Part shown: positions 1 to 10,001 of the stretch, one piece after another
Layout of the letters: the number at the start of each line of letters is the position of its first letter
Position numbering within the stretch: position 1 is the first letter of the stretch
Assembly: GCA_963771465.1 (NCBI GenBank)
Contig: CAVYTU010000014.1
Location: 832,001-896,000, forward strand
Direction: 5' to 3'
Length of the DNA: 64,000 bases
Source: an uncultured delta proteobacterium
GTDB taxonomy: Bacteria; Desulfobacterota; Binatia; UBA9968
Position numbers and translations under genes: made by a program
The notes under the pieces: generated by a model
Databases searched by the model: none
Told to the model about the DNA's origin: nothing
What the model saw: the letters and a program-made list of their open reading frames with translations, nothing else

Positions 1-913
1 CCACTTGCTGCCCTTCTTTCGACGCCATGAACTCGATCCAGAGCAGGGCTGAGTGAATGTTCTTGGCGCCCGCGTAGATCGCTTCCGGTTCATGAAAAGA
101 TACGGGGAAGGGGTCTGGAACAACCATTTTGAGGTTCGCATCCTGGTTCAAAGCACGCTGCGTCGAGTGGACGTAATTGCCGCAATTCATGACGACCTCA
201 CCAGAAGTCAACATCGTTAGGTTGCGGGTATTGCCCCTGCTCCAAAGCGGATTGTTCTCTTTGATCCGGCGCGCGAAGCCGAGAAGTTTTTCTGCTCCCC
301 ACGCGGGAGTCAGCCAAGCCAAAACATTGGGTTTGGTATCGACGCTAAATTTGCCGTTAAAGTATGGATCATGACACGCCTCCCAACTCTTCGGTGCCTT
401 ATCGGGAGGAACGAGCTTGGTATTGTAGACCAATACACCCGTGTAGGACCCCAACCAAACGACTATTCCTGAATCGTCGATCATTTCGCGATGGATATTT
501 AAGTGGCCGGCCTGAGCCATGCCATTGAAGTTCACCTGCTTCACTAGATTGTGCTTAAAGTACTCGCTCCAGAAAGCGATGTTGGTGCTGAACACGTCCA
601 GGTTAGCGCGTCCGGCAGAAAGTTCAAAAATCTGCCTCTGGTAAGCGGGAATGCCGTCTGCGGATGTCCAGTTCACTTTGACGAAGGGATATTTCTGCTC
701 GAAGGCCTTGACCAACACGGGGATCGATTTTTCATCGAACGCCGGAGATACATTCAACTTACCTTCTTTTTTGGCGCCTTCCATGATCTGCGCCTTTGTG
801 AGCATGACTGCTGGTTCTTTTTTCGCCTGGGCCATCACGTCTTGGTTAGAGATGACCGCAGTCAGCATCACTCCGAGAATCCAAGCACTGAAAAATTTTA
901 TCCGTCTATCCAT
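1..913 (-). CDS. ABC transporter substrate-binding protein (Fe3+/thiamine/polyamine-type), runs off the left edge
   Basis: Not in the ORF track. Manual translation from ATG 913 (RBS GGAGGAG): MDRRIKFFSAWILGVMLTAV...AKKEGKL...FEQKYPFVKV; signal peptide; resembles the SBP at 52652-53722. Confidence 0.85.
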   Translation of the reverse strand, partial: MDRRIKFFSAWILGVMLTAVISNQDVMAQAKKEPAVMLTKAQIMEGAKKEGKLNVSPAFDEKSIPVLVKAFEQKYPFVKVNWTSADGIPAYQRQIFELSAGRANLDVFSTNIAFWSEYFKHNLVKQVNFNGMAQAGHLNIHREMIDDSGIVVWLGSYTGVLVYNTKLVPPDKAPKSWEACHDPYFNGKFSVDTKPNVLAWLTPAWGAEKLLGFARRIKENNPLWSRGNTRNLTMLTSGEVVMNCGNYVHSTQRALNQDANLKMVVPDPFPVSFHEPEAIYAGAKNIHSALLWIEFMASKEGQQV

Positions 914-993
914 CGGTCTCCTCCTTGTTGGACTCGCCAATGTCGGTTTTCATACAGTTTAATGAGCCGTCCATCACGGCTATCGATCAATAG

Positions 994-1737
994 TTACTTT
1001 CGCTCGCTTTCCGGATCGCCAAGCTCCCGATCAAAAAAGTCGACGACCAGCGGCCAAACCTGTTCGGCGACTTCCGGCTGATAACCACCGCCCGATTCCG
1101 GCGAAGCAAATCCGTGGTTGGCGTGCGGGTAAAGATGCCACTCCAACGGCTGACCATTGGCCAGAAAGCTCGCCATGATTTTCTGCTGCATCGGCAGAGT
1201 GCTGATGTGGTCGCGGCCGCCATAGGCGATGAACGAAGGACACTTGATGTCGCGGGCGGCATCACAGGGATGACGCGGCCGGAGCTTGCTCGGCGGCTCT
1301 TCGTGGATGGATGCGTAATAAGCGGCATAAGCTTTGACGGCGGGAGTGGCGGCGACAAAATGCACGCCGATACGGCCTCCCATGCAATATCCGATCACTC
1401 CCACGCGCCCCGGATCGACATTCGACCGGGCCGTCAGATAGCGCCATCCCACGTCGATCGCGCGCACGAATTCGTCGTCCGTTCTTACGTCCTGAACTTC
1501 CTCTTTACCCTGCAGGGTTCCTGAAAGATTGCCGAAGCCCAACAAACTATACAGATCCGGCATGATTGTGGTGTAGCCAAGCTTGGCAAATTTGTAGGCC
1601 TCCGTTCTAAGGTATCCGGTTGTGCCCGACGAGTGGACGATCAATATGGCCGGTCCCCGCTCCTGCCCAACCGGATGGGCCATGAATCCGGGCAGGCCGT
1701 CTTTTTCCTCCGTCAACCGTCGTGAGACAATTCGCAT
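994..1737 (-). CDS. Dienelactone hydrolase family protein
   Basis: GYCMGG nucleophile motif, YPHANHGF catalytic His, AGGAGG RBS. Confidence 0.9.
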   Translation of the reverse strand: MRIVSRRLTEEKDGLPGFMAHPVGQERGPAILIVHSSGTTGYLRTEAYKFAKLGYTTIMPDLYSLLGFGNLSGTLQGKEEVQDVRTDDEFVRAIDVGWRYLTARSNVDPGRVGVIGYCMGGRIGVHFVAATPAVKAYAAYYASIHEEPPSKLRPRHPCDAARDIKCPSFIAYGGRDHISTLPMQQKIMASFLANGQPLEWHLYPHANHGFASPESGGGYQPEVAEQVWPLVVDFFDRELGDPESERK

Positions 1738-2260
1738 GCTGTGAGTCCTCCTGTTTCAGTCATCTGTTAAGTTCCTTGTCGACCGCTAAACGTCTCCTCG
1801 CCTGCGAAAGGCATGCGACGCGACTCATGTAAGAATGCAGCGAAGTAAAATTAACGGCAATGTTATTTTCATCAAGACGGCGAGCCGGCGCATGCTACCT
1901 GTCGCGGTTTTCTCTCACCGTAATCAATCTGTTTTCATCATTCACGATCTGCACTCGTGTCTCACCGATACTCTAAACAGAAATCTTGTGTCAACCAGGC
2001 AAGTTAAATTAGCGGATCATCGTTCCGACGAACGCAATCACGGTTTCCCATGCGTCGAGTCGGTCGGCGACGATGGGCGACGAGCCGAGAAAACTCATCG
2101 CGGTCCGTTTAGATGCAAATTCTCACTTTGATTCCGAACACACGTTCAAGGAACACGAACACGTCCGCTGCGTGTTCGTTTACCAGTCAATGAAATACCA
2201 GGTGGCGCCATGCGGAAGGTAAGTTAGTCGAGACTCACGTCTGACCCTCATGCCTTTTCC

Positions 2261-2455
2261 CTAGTGCTTCTTGTCCCTTGGCGGAAATGGATCGTTTCCG
2301 TAACTGTCAGAGTCCTGAATTTTGCCGTTGCGGCCGTGAATAATGACATCAACGCGTTCTCGGCGGGCCTGCTCACGAGCCTGCTCCACCGCATCGGCTT
2401 TCGTATCGTGAACGGAACCCGCACGATCAGCGCCTTCTTTTTCTTGCCCAGCCGG
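2261..2455 (-). pseudogene. DUF2188-family small protein remnant (no start, frameshifted)
   Basis: Frame reads KEGADRAGSVHDTKADAVEQAREQARRERVDVIIHGRNGKIQDSDSYGNDPFPPRDKKH*. The upstream GWA lies in another frame and an in-frame TAG precedes it. Confidence 0.75.
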
Positions 2456-2626
2456 CTAGTCCTTCCTTTTCTCTTATCGCGTGAAACGGTGCCGGTACGC
2501 AATAAGAAAGTAAATTTTCCAGGCGGCGACACTTCGCCAACCGTCGACACGCGTGATGAATCTTCGCCATTTCAAACCGATCAAATCATAAAAGTCTCTA
2601 GCTATCTGAATCTCACGAGATAGTAT

Positions 2627-2640
2627 TGTCGATATCGACA
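2627..2640. promoter_or_regulatory. Perfect 14-bp palindrome TGTCGATATCGACA, possible operator of the ADH gene
   Basis: Intergenic, about 60 bp upstream of ATG 2703. Confidence 0.35.
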
Positions 2641-2702
2641 GCGTGCGGCAACTCACGTGCGACTTTTGAATCCAATAATCAAGTATCAGGAGGGACATCG
2701 AT

Positions 2703-3803
2703 ATGAACGTAGCGACTCCACAAAGCGCGCAGCAGGAAAAAAGTGTTTCCCAAACGGCAAAAGCTTTTGCGGCCCAAAGTCCCACGTCAGGTTTGGCGCC
2801 ATTGACGATTCGGCGCCGCATCCCCGGAGCGCAGGATGTGCAGATCGATATTTTATACTGCGGCGTGTGTCATTCGGATTTGCACCAAGTGCGCAACGAG
2901 TGGCAGAAAGCGATGCCGACAGTTTATCCCTGCGTCCCGGGTCACGAGATCGTCGGCCGGGTGGTCAAAACCGGCAACGCCGTGACGAAGTTCAAAGCCG
3001 GCGACATCGCCGCCGTCGGATGCATGGTCGACTCTTGCCGCAAATGCACCAGTTGCCGCGCCGGTGAAGAACAGTATTGCGACAGCTTTCCCACGCTTAC
3101 TTATAATGGCGAAGACAAACATCTCGGCGGTGTAACCTATGGCGGCTACTCCGAGAATATCGTGGTCGATGAGAAGTTTGTCCTGCGGGTCTCGGAAAAA
3201 TTGAATCTTGCCGGCACGGCGCCGCTGCTGTGCGCCGGCATCACTACCTACTCGCCGCTGCGTCACTGGAAAGTCGGCAAAGGCCAGAAGGTGGGAGTGG
3301 TGGGACTCGGCGGGCTGGGTCACATGGGAGTGAAATTCGCCAGCGCGTTTGGCGCGGAAGTCGTGCTCTTCACCACCTCGCCGAACAAGATCGAAGACGG
3401 GCGGCGGCTCGGCGCGCATGAAGTGGTGGTGTCAAAAAATGACGCGGAGATGCAAAAGCATGCACTCAGTTTCGACTTCATCTTGGATACCGTTTCCGCC
3501 GAGCATAATTTAAATGCCTATGTCGAGTTGTTGAAGCGCGACGGCACGCTGACCATGGTCGGTGCGCCGGAAAAACCGCTGCCGATCGAAATCTTTGGCC
3601 TGCTGCCGAAGCGGCGGCAGATCGCCGGCTCCAGCATCGGCGGCACTCTTGAGACTCAGGAGATGCTCGATTTCTGCGCCGAGCATAATATCACCTGCGA
3701 TGTCGAAGTGATTCGGGCTCAGCAAATCAACGAAGCCTACGAGCGCCTGCTCAAGAGCGATGTGAAATACCGCTTCGTCATCGACATCGCTTCGCTGAAG
3801 TAA
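2703..3803 (+). CDS. Zn-dependent NAD(P)H alcohol dehydrogenase / aldehyde reductase (CAD/YahK-like)
   Basis: CGVCHSD, GHE, CxxCxxCx7C structural Zn site, GLGGLG, C-terminal DVKYRFVID. Confidence 0.93.
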   Translation: MNVATPQSAQQEKSVSQTAKAFAAQSPTSGLAPLTIRRRIPGAQDVQIDILYCGVCHSDLHQVRNEWQKAMPTVYPCVPGHEIVGRVVKTGNAVTKFKAGDIAAVGCMVDSCRKCTSCRAGEEQYCDSFPTLTYNGEDKHLGGVTYGGYSENIVVDEKFVLRVSEKLNLAGTAPLLCAGITTYSPLRHWKVGKGQKVGVVGLGGLGHMGVKFASAFGAEVVLFTTSPNKIEDGRRLGAHEVVVSKNDAEMQKHALSFDFILDTVSAEHNLNAYVELLKRDGTLTMVGAPEKPLPIEIFGLLPKRRQIAGSSIGGTLETQEMLDFCAEHNITCDVEVIRAQQINEAYERLLKSDVKYRFVIDIASLK

Positions 3804-3840
3804 AAAATCGTAAGCGAGCCTCATGGAAGCTTGCTTTATC
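3753..3840 (+). repeat. Imperfect direct repeat, copy 1 (ADH 3' end plus downstream flank)
   Basis: gtgaaataccgcttcgtca...cgcttcgctgaagtaaaaa..gcttgcttt recurs at 5161-5244. Confidence 0.9.
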
Positions 3841-3854
3841 GCTGAGCGGATTTC

Positions 3855-3910
3855 GAATGTTTAAATCGTTCAAAACGTTCAACCGCGTTGCTCCGTTCAA
3901 GCCGTTTAAG
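3855..3910. repeat. Intergenic tandem 'cgttcaa'-like repeats (about 9-nt period)
   Basis: atgtttaa atcgttcaa aacgttcaa ccgcgttgctccgttcaa gccgtttaa between convergent genes. Confidence 0.6.
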
Positions 3911-3979
3911 AGTCCACCGGTTCCGCACGCGCCGGATGCTCGAATCTCGTTTTCTGCGCTCTTTTCCGCGCATTTCATA

Positions 3980-5044
3980 TTACTGTTGCGTGAGAATTTT
4001 TTTTAAGCGGGCGATGGTCTCCGGCGGTTGTGTCATGACATCTTTGACGATGACTTCCAGCTCCTCGCCGCTGATCGGGTCAAGCTCGAAATTTTTTTTC
4101 TTGGCATCTTCCAGAAAAACCGGGTCCTTGATCATCTTTTGAAACGCTTCGCGCAGCATCTTCACCCGATCCGGCGGCGTCCCGGGGGAAGTGAATATCG
4201 GCCTGCCCAGAGTGCCGTTGGCGAGGATCACGCTTGCCAGGCGCCGACCATCCTCGGGCGTCTTATAACCGTCCATGACCTCATACAGCGTCTGTACATC
4301 GGCCAATCGCGCATCGCGTTTCCGCCCGGTTTGATAGACGTTGCGAACGAAGCCTTTCTTTTTCCACGTAATATAAGGCTCGCGCGCGAAAAACGTTTCG
4401 ATCGTAAAGGTCCGGCACTGTATCTCGCCTCGCTCAATGCCGAGATCGAGCTCCGGCCCGCCCGGGTAACCCAGCACGGAGTGGATCTTGAGGGGCGGCA
4501 TAATTTCTTCGAGCAGCCGCGCCAGCATATAGTCTGTGCCGGAAGTGCCGGTGGTGCCGCAGCGCGGCGGCTCTTTGGCCTTGCGAATATCGTCGATGGA
4601 TTTGAAGGGCGCATCCGCGCGCATGGTCATCTGAGAATCACCCTTGACCGGCGAGCCAATCCAGACAAACTTTCCCCAGTCATATTTGACCTCCGGCCGC
4701 CCCACGAGCTGGTCCAGGTACATGCCTGGTAAGATGGATCCAATGATCGTCAAGCCGTCGGGCTTGGCCACATTGTACATGTAATTGGTGGCAATTTTGT
4801 GGCCGGCTCCAGGCATGTTCTGAATGAGCCCATCCGGATTGCCGGGGATGTGTCTCGGCAAATGGGCGGCAACCGTGCGCGCCCAGACATCATAAAGAGA
4901 ACCTGCGGTGGTTCCGACCACGACTTTGAGGGTCTTTCCCTTATAGAAGGACTCGCTTTGCGCGTGGCCTAGGGAAACCGAAGCAACGTTTAGAGCGACG
5001 AGGACCATGAGAAAATATTCGCCTGCGAGAGTCGATTTTTTCAT
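3980..5044 (-). CDS. Bug/TctC-family tripartite tricarboxylate transporter substrate-binding protein
   Basis: YKGKTLKVVVG, NMPGAG, KPDGLT, PGTPPDRVKMLREAF motifs. Start moved to ATG 5044 with AGGAGGT RBS. Confidence 0.88.
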   Translation of the reverse strand: MKKSTLAGEYFLMVLVALNVASVSLGHAQSESFYKGKTLKVVVGTTAGSLYDVWARTVAAHLPRHIPGNPDGLIQNMPGAGHKIATNYMYNVAKPDGLTIIGSILPGMYLDQLVGRPEVKYDWGKFVWIGSPVKGDSQMTMRADAPFKSIDDIRKAKEPPRCGTTGTSGTDYMLARLLEEIMPPLKIHSVLGYPGGPELDLGIERGEIQCRTFTIETFFAREPYITWKKKGFVRNVYQTGRKRDARLADVQTLYEVMDGYKTPEDGRRLASVILANGTLGRPIFTSPGTPPDRVKMLREAFQKMIKDPVFLEDAKKKNFELDPISGEELEVIVKDVMTQPPETIARLKKILTQQ

Positions 5045-5160
5045 AACACCTCCTGCTCTCAACTAGCAGATTAGGGGTCTAGAATGATAGCGGAGTTGCG
5101 AATGTTCCGGAGGGATCAGTTTTAGTCGCCTATCCCGTCGGTCGGAATCCTGTGGAACGC

Positions 5161-5244
5161 AAGCGCGACGTGAAATACCGCTTCGTCAGATGTCGCTTCG
5201 CTGAAGTAAAAATCGTGAACGTGCTCGATGGAGCTTGCTTTGTC
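5161..5244 (+). repeat. Imperfect direct repeat, copy 2 (orphan, decayed ADH 3' end)
   Basis: Matches 3753-3840 with a 2-nt deletion and several substitutions. Confidence 0.9.
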
Positions 5245-5302
5245 ATCGGGGGGAATATCCAATGACCATTGCCGGTGACAGATTCTTTCGGAAAGTTCTC
5301 GC

Positions 5303-6196
5303 TCACGGCGCGTTGGTCGGATCCCAGCAGGTTCGCAGGTTTTCATTGAAGCCATCGAGGAGACGCATATCCTCTGCGCTGATTTCAAAGTCAAAGACAT
5401 CGGCATTTTCGAAGATGCGTGTGCGATTGGCCGATTTGGGAATCACCACCAAGCCACGCTGCAGCGCCCAGCGGATGAGGATTTGCGCTGTTGATTTGGT
5501 TTGCGAATGGGGCAACAGCTTATCGACGAAAGGCAAGCGCGAGCGGGAACGCGCAGTCTGCGCTTCGCCTGTGGAATATTTTTTGGCCACTGCGACGAGT
5601 TTCGGATCTTTTAATCGGTCGCCTTTGGTTAAAGGACTGTAGGCTTCAATGACAATGCCTTTGCTGGCGCAGTAATCCAATAAATCCCGCTGATACAGGT
5701 AGGGATGAAACTCAACCTGGTTGACTGCGGGAACCGTCTTCGTCTGGGCAAGCAGCTCCGTCAAGTGCTTAATGGTAAAATTGCTAACGCCGATCGACCG
5801 CGCCTTGCCCTCCGCCTGGAGCGCTTCGAGCGCGCGCCAGCTCTGGCGCCGTTCCCGCACAGGATAGTGGATCAGGTAAAGATCGACATAATCCATCTTG
5901 AGCTTGCGCAGGCTCGTGTCCAGCGCCCGCTCCGGGTTGCCATGGTCGGAATTCCACAGTTTGGTGGTGACGAAAATGTTCTGCCGGGGAATGCCGCTTT
6001 TTCTAATCGCCGCACCCACATTCTCCTCATTACCGTACATGGCCGCAGTATCGATGAGCCGGTACCCCGCTTCCAATGCAGCAAGCACCGCCGCTTCACA
6101 GGTCGCTCCCGCGCGCACCTGCCACACGCCCAACCCGAGCTGGGGAATTCGCTGACCGTCATTGAGGGTTAATTTCGTCTCGATCGTCAATTTCAT
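5303..6196 (-). CDS. Aldo/keto reductase (AKR5/DkgA-like)
   Basis: GLGVW, DTAAMYGNE, TTKLWN, DLYLIHYP, IGVSNF, IPKS motifs. Confidence 0.95.
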   Translation of the reverse strand: MKLTIETKLTLNDGQRIPQLGLGVWQVRAGATCEAAVLAALEAGYRLIDTAAMYGNEENVGAAIRKSGIPRQNIFVTTKLWNSDHGNPERALDTSLRKLKMDYVDLYLIHYPVRERRQSWRALEALQAEGKARSIGVSNFTIKHLTELLAQTKTVPAVNQVEFHPYLYQRDLLDYCASKGIVIEAYSPLTKGDRLKDPKLVAVAKKYSTGEAQTARSRSRLPFVDKLLPHSQTKSTAQILIRWALQRGLVVIPKSANRTRIFENADVFDFEISAEDMRLLDGFNENLRTCWDPTNAP

Positions 6197-6403
6197 AAAA
6201 AGTCATTGGCTGTTCTTGTTAGACGGCCGTCACGGCATCGGGTTTGGATTGCGACAATGGATCCATTTAACTAGTTGACAGCGCTTTCCCGATTAACCTG
6301 CACAATTCTCGACTGGCCGCAACAAGATTGGTATTTGTATAGACGATGAGATCGCGGCTCTATACAAGACCCGTGAAATATCACACCAAAGGATCGGTTC
6401 ACC

Positions 6404-7810
6404 ATGCTGCTTGTCTTTGTCCATGGCTGGAGTGTAGTCAACACGGATACTTATGCCGGTCTGCCTGCCGCACTCGTCAAGAATGCGTCGGCGAAACTCG
6501 ATCTTCAAGTCACCCATCTCTACCTCGGTAAATACGTGACCTTCGCCGATGAGGTGAAGGTCGATGACATCGCTCGTGGAATGCAGCACGCCATCGCCAC
6601 GGAGGTCGTGCCGAAGCTCGCCAAGGGCGAACGCTTTGCCTGCGTCACGCACTCGACCGGCGCACCAGTGGTGCGTAAGTGGATCGATCTCAACTATCGC
6701 GGGAAACTCGACAAGTGTCCGCTTGGGCACCTGGTTATGCTCGCGCCGGCAAACCATGGGTCGGCGCTGGCGCAGCTTGGCAAGGGCCGCGTCGCGCGAA
6801 TGAAATTCTTTGCCGACGGCGTCGAACCCGGCACGGGCGTGCTCGACTGGTTGGAACTTGGCAGCGACCAAAGTTGGGAGCTCAATCGGGAGTGGCTTGC
6901 TTACGACTGCGTGCCCGCAAGGTTGTATCCCTTTGTCCTCACAGGGCAGACGATAGACCGCGCCTTCTACGACAACCTTAACGCCTACACCGATGAGGCG
7001 GGGTCGGATGGCGTCGTACGGGTCGCAGCGGCAAACTTGAACTACGGCTTGATCCGGCTGGTGCAGACCGACGGCGAACTCGAGCTAAAAAAAGATGATC
7101 GCAGCGTAAAAACCGCCCTCGGTGTCCTGCCCGGGCGCTCTCATTCCGGCACGAACATCGGCATCCTCGCTAGCGTGCGCGCCGACGATGACGGCACGCA
7201 CCCCACGGTTCAGTGGGTTTTGCGCTGCCTGGAGGTGGGCAGTGCCGCGGCTTACAACCGGCTGGTCAAAGAACTGGATGATCTCACCGCAGAGACTCAA
7301 ACGGATGAGCGCAAGCAAAGCGTCAAACAGTTGTTCATCTTTAGGCGGACCTTTGTGACCAATCGCTACTGCATGCTCGTCATCCGGATCGTCGACGACC
7401 GTGGTTACAATCTTTCTGACTACGACGTGCTCTTCACCGCGGGACCGGCCTACGACCCGAACCATTTGCCGCCCGGCTTCTTTGTGGATCGCCAGCGCAA
7501 TCATCTCAACCCCGGAAAGCTGACCTATTATATCGACTACGACGTGATGAACGACTGGCTGAACAAGCCCGAGCTGGCAGGAAAATTTGGCGTGCGGATT
7601 GCCGCGCGCCCGTCCGAGGGTTTCGCCTACTACACCGTCGCCGAACACAAGGGCGCCTTTGCCGCGCTCAAGCGATACTTTGAGCCAAACCAGACGTTGA
7701 TGATCGAAGTCGAACTGCGCCGCCGTGTCGTCGAAGGCGTTTTCCGACTAACGCAAAACCTGACTCCGGAGGATTTCAGCAAGCAGCCGAAAGGGTCCGA
7801 AATCCCGTAA
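6404..7810 (+). CDS. Alpha/beta-hydrolase (lipase/phospholipase-like) with C-terminal extension
   Basis: VFVHGW oxyanion motif, THSTG nucleophile elbow, LAPANHGS, SDGVV, HS. Confidence 0.8.
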   Translation: MLLVFVHGWSVVNTDTYAGLPAALVKNASAKLDLQVTHLYLGKYVTFADEVKVDDIARGMQHAIATEVVPKLAKGERFACVTHSTGAPVVRKWIDLNYRGKLDKCPLGHLVMLAPANHGSALAQLGKGRVARMKFFADGVEPGTGVLDWLELGSDQSWELNREWLAYDCVPARLYPFVLTGQTIDRAFYDNLNAYTDEAGSDGVVRVAAANLNYGLIRLVQTDGELELKKDDRSVKTALGVLPGRSHSGTNIGILASVRADDDGTHPTVQWVLRCLEVGSAAAYNRLVKELDDLTAETQTDERKQSVKQLFIFRRTFVTNRYCMLVIRIVDDRGYNLSDYDVLFTAGPAYDPNHLPPGFFVDRQRNHLNPGKLTYYIDYDVMNDWLNKPELAGKFGVRIAARPSEGFAYYTVAEHKGAFAALKRYFEPNQTLMIEVELRRRVVEGVFRLTQNLTPEDFSKQPKGSEIP

Positions 7811-7942
7811 CCGAACAGTGCGCGCGGCTCAATGTCAGTCTAGATCTCGAATCTCAAAAGCGCTCAATTCGCTTCAACTCTTCTTTGCATTCGTTTAGCA
7901 CGGTATACGAAGCATTGAGGCAACAACACGTTCTTGGTCACC

Positions 7943-8016
7943 TTACCTGCCCGCATCTTCAGTAGCGTCGGAATACTTATTTCTTCCCGATACGCCCGCA
8001 ATTCTAGTTCTTTAGC
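7943..8016 (-). pseudogene. Orphan 3' end of an RNase HI gene
   Basis: Translates AKELELRAYREEISIPTLLKMRAG, versus RKEKELRLYQETTDIPTLLKLRAG* at the end of rnhA (11936 onward). Confidence 0.75.
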
Positions 8017-8153
8017 CGGCACTGGGACCCCGCCCTAGTAGTCTAGTGTTGGTGCGTCGCAGACGAACTCAACGATGGCTCAAACGACTGTTGACAGAAG
8101 GGCGAGGCAGCATGAAGCATGGGGAGTTAGCTATTCGGAAATCGGGGAATTGA

Positions 8154-8349
8154 GTGCCGCCTAAATAAGGGAACTCATCGCGGATCTTGAGAAGGCTGGT
8201 TTCGTGATCGCGGCGGCAAGGGAAGTCATCGAAATTATGTTCATCCCAAAGTAGCGCGACCAATTACGATTTCCGGAAGACCGGGAGACGACGCCAAGCG
8301 TTATCAGATACGGGCGGTGCAACTAGCAGTCGAGGAGGCGAAGAAATGA
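8154..8349 (+). pseudogene. hicA: HicA-family toxin with two 1-nt deletions
   Basis: Repaired reading MPPKIRELIADLEKAGFVDRGGKGSHRNYVHPKVARPITISG...AVEEAKK*. GSH motif; ATGA overlap with hicB. Confidence 0.8.
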
Positions 8350-8586
8350 AGGACAGCGCGAAGTACGCTAAAATTGTTGAGTGGTCCGATGAAGACCAAT
8401 GTTACGTTGGCAGTGCGCCTGGATTGATCCTTGCCGGTTGCGATGGCGATGATGAACAAGTCGTTTTCAGCGAACTTTGTCAGGTGGTCGAAGAAGCGAT
8501 CGATATCTATCATAAAGATGGTAAGCCTCTGCCTGGCGCCAACTTCTGGACGTGACTTCGCTACCAAAATGCGGAACGTTGCGTGA
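8346..8586 (+). CDS. hicB: HicB-family antitoxin (1-nt insertion near the C-terminus; stops at 8555 as sequenced)
   Basis: IVEWSDEDQCYVGSAPGL...GKPLP; the shifted frame continues APTSGRDFATKMRNVA*. Confidence 0.8.
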
Positions 8587-8713
8587 TGTTCTGCGAAATG
8601 ACGTGCTACCAAACGGTTGACGAAAGTTCCTGCACTACTAATGGAGCGCGGTTTTTTGCTCGCCTAGCTATTTTCGCGAACGGAGTCAAATCTCTTTTTG
8701 ATCGCCGATTTTA

Positions 8714-9772
8714 TTAGCTGGCTTCTCCCAGAGCCACGGCCACGTCGTCCTTGCTCACCTCGAACTTTGTGGCAAAGCGGGCGGAGATCTTCTGTATGTC
8801 CTTAACCAGGTCCGGAGCCTGGGAAGGTTGAAAGAATTCAGGAGGGCCGTTCCCCTTGTATAGTCCGGGCACGAAGGAGAGACGTTGGATCTTGCCATCG
8901 TGAATATCGCAGCGCACCAACATGGACAGGAGCACATGGTTGGGGCGCTTCTGGTAGTGCAGGTCGTGAACGAAATTGCCCAGAGAATAAAGTATAGGCT
9001 TGCCCTTGTAGACCTCGATGGCCTGGAGAACGTGAGAATGATGGCCGGCCACCATGTCTGCGCCGGCGTCGATGGCGAAATGGCCCATCTCTGTTTGATA
9101 TTCCACGAGCTCGCCGGTTCCCCCCGTCGTGGGTGACACACCCCAGTGCCAGGAGACAACCACTACGTCGGCTTCTTTTCGCGCTTTGCGAATATCCTCT
9201 TCCAGAGCCGCGCGGTCCGCGCCGCGATCAGGAACAGTGTGGATGATCGGTGGAGAGCCGGGCACATGGTGAACCCGAAGCCGGGGCTCGTAGAAAGTCT
9301 GGACGGAATAGTAGGCGATGCCTCCTCTGGTTTCTGTGGCTGCGGCCGTGATCGGATCGCACACCGAAGCGCGGCAGACGAAAGCGACTTTGGTGCCGTT
9401 GCGCTCGATGATGGCGGGCTTTCGCGCTTCAGCGAAATTGCGGCCGCCGCCGCCGCGCACGATGCCAGCCTTATCCATTACGTCCAGGCAACGCAAAAAT
9501 GGATCTAGGCCGTGCCACGTGCTTGGATTGTTGGCGAGGTTCATGACGTTGAAACCCGCCTTGACGTAGGAGTCGAACATCCACTCATCGGTTCGAGGGT
9601 GGTGATCGGTATCATGGGGCGCGAGATACTTGGCATCAGCCACCACGGTTTCGAGATTGCAGAAGGCGATGTCCACGTCTTTGAGCAGCGGCTGGACCGT
9701 GGCAAAGGCGGAATCGGGATCGGGGCGACCGACGAAGGTATCGCCCACCAAAACCATTTTGACGTCACTCAC
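8714..9772 (-). CDS. CapA-family (poly-gamma-glutamate synthesis-like) metallophosphoesterase
   Basis: LVGD, NLE, LANN, SWHWG, GHHSHV, YSLGNF motifs. GTG start at 9772 with GAAGGAG RBS. Confidence 0.9.
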   Translation of the reverse strand: MSDVKMVLVGDTFVGRPDPDSAFATVQPLLKDVDIAFCNLETVVADAKYLAPHDTDHHPRTDEWMFDSYVKAGFNVMNLANNPSTWHGLDPFLRCLDVMDKAGIVRGGGGRNFAEARKPAIIERNGTKVAFVCRASVCDPITAAATETRGGIAYYSVQTFYEPRLRVHHVPGSPPIIHTVPDRGADRAALEEDIRKARKEADVVVVSWHWGVSPTTGGTGELVEYQTEMGHFAIDAGADMVAGHHSHVLQAIEVYKGKPILYSLGNFVHDLHYQKRPNHVLLSMLVRCDIHDGKIQRLSFVPGLYKGNGPPEFFQPSQAPDLVKDIQKISARFATKFEVSKDDVAVALGEAS

Positions 9773-9855
9773 GATAAGTCTCCTTCTCAAGAGCTGCGCT
9801 ATCGATTGCTACTTTTGGGCGGAACAATATGCGGTAACAGGCAATGATGTCAAAC

Positions 9856-9875
9856 TAACAAATCGGAATTTGTTA
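9856..9875. promoter_or_regulatory. Inverted repeat TAACAAAT-N4-ATTTGTTA, candidate regulator site for the CapA-like gene
   Basis: Perfect 8-bp arms, next to a minus-strand TTGACA at 9848-9853. Confidence 0.45.
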
Positions 9876-10001
9876 TAGCAAAGCACCGAGGGAAGTTTCG
9901 GGTCGGATCAGCAATGGAAATTGCATCAAGGACGCGATTCTGTTCAGCGTTGCAACGCGTGGGTTTCCAACTCGCCTGTCCGTTATTCACCAACTCATGA
10001 T

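Noticed and set aside
2135-2148. CGAAC-N4-GTTC, resembling a Gram-positive LexA box
   Set aside because: No repair gene or clear promoter is adjacent, and it lies in degenerate GAACAC-rich sequence; probably chance.
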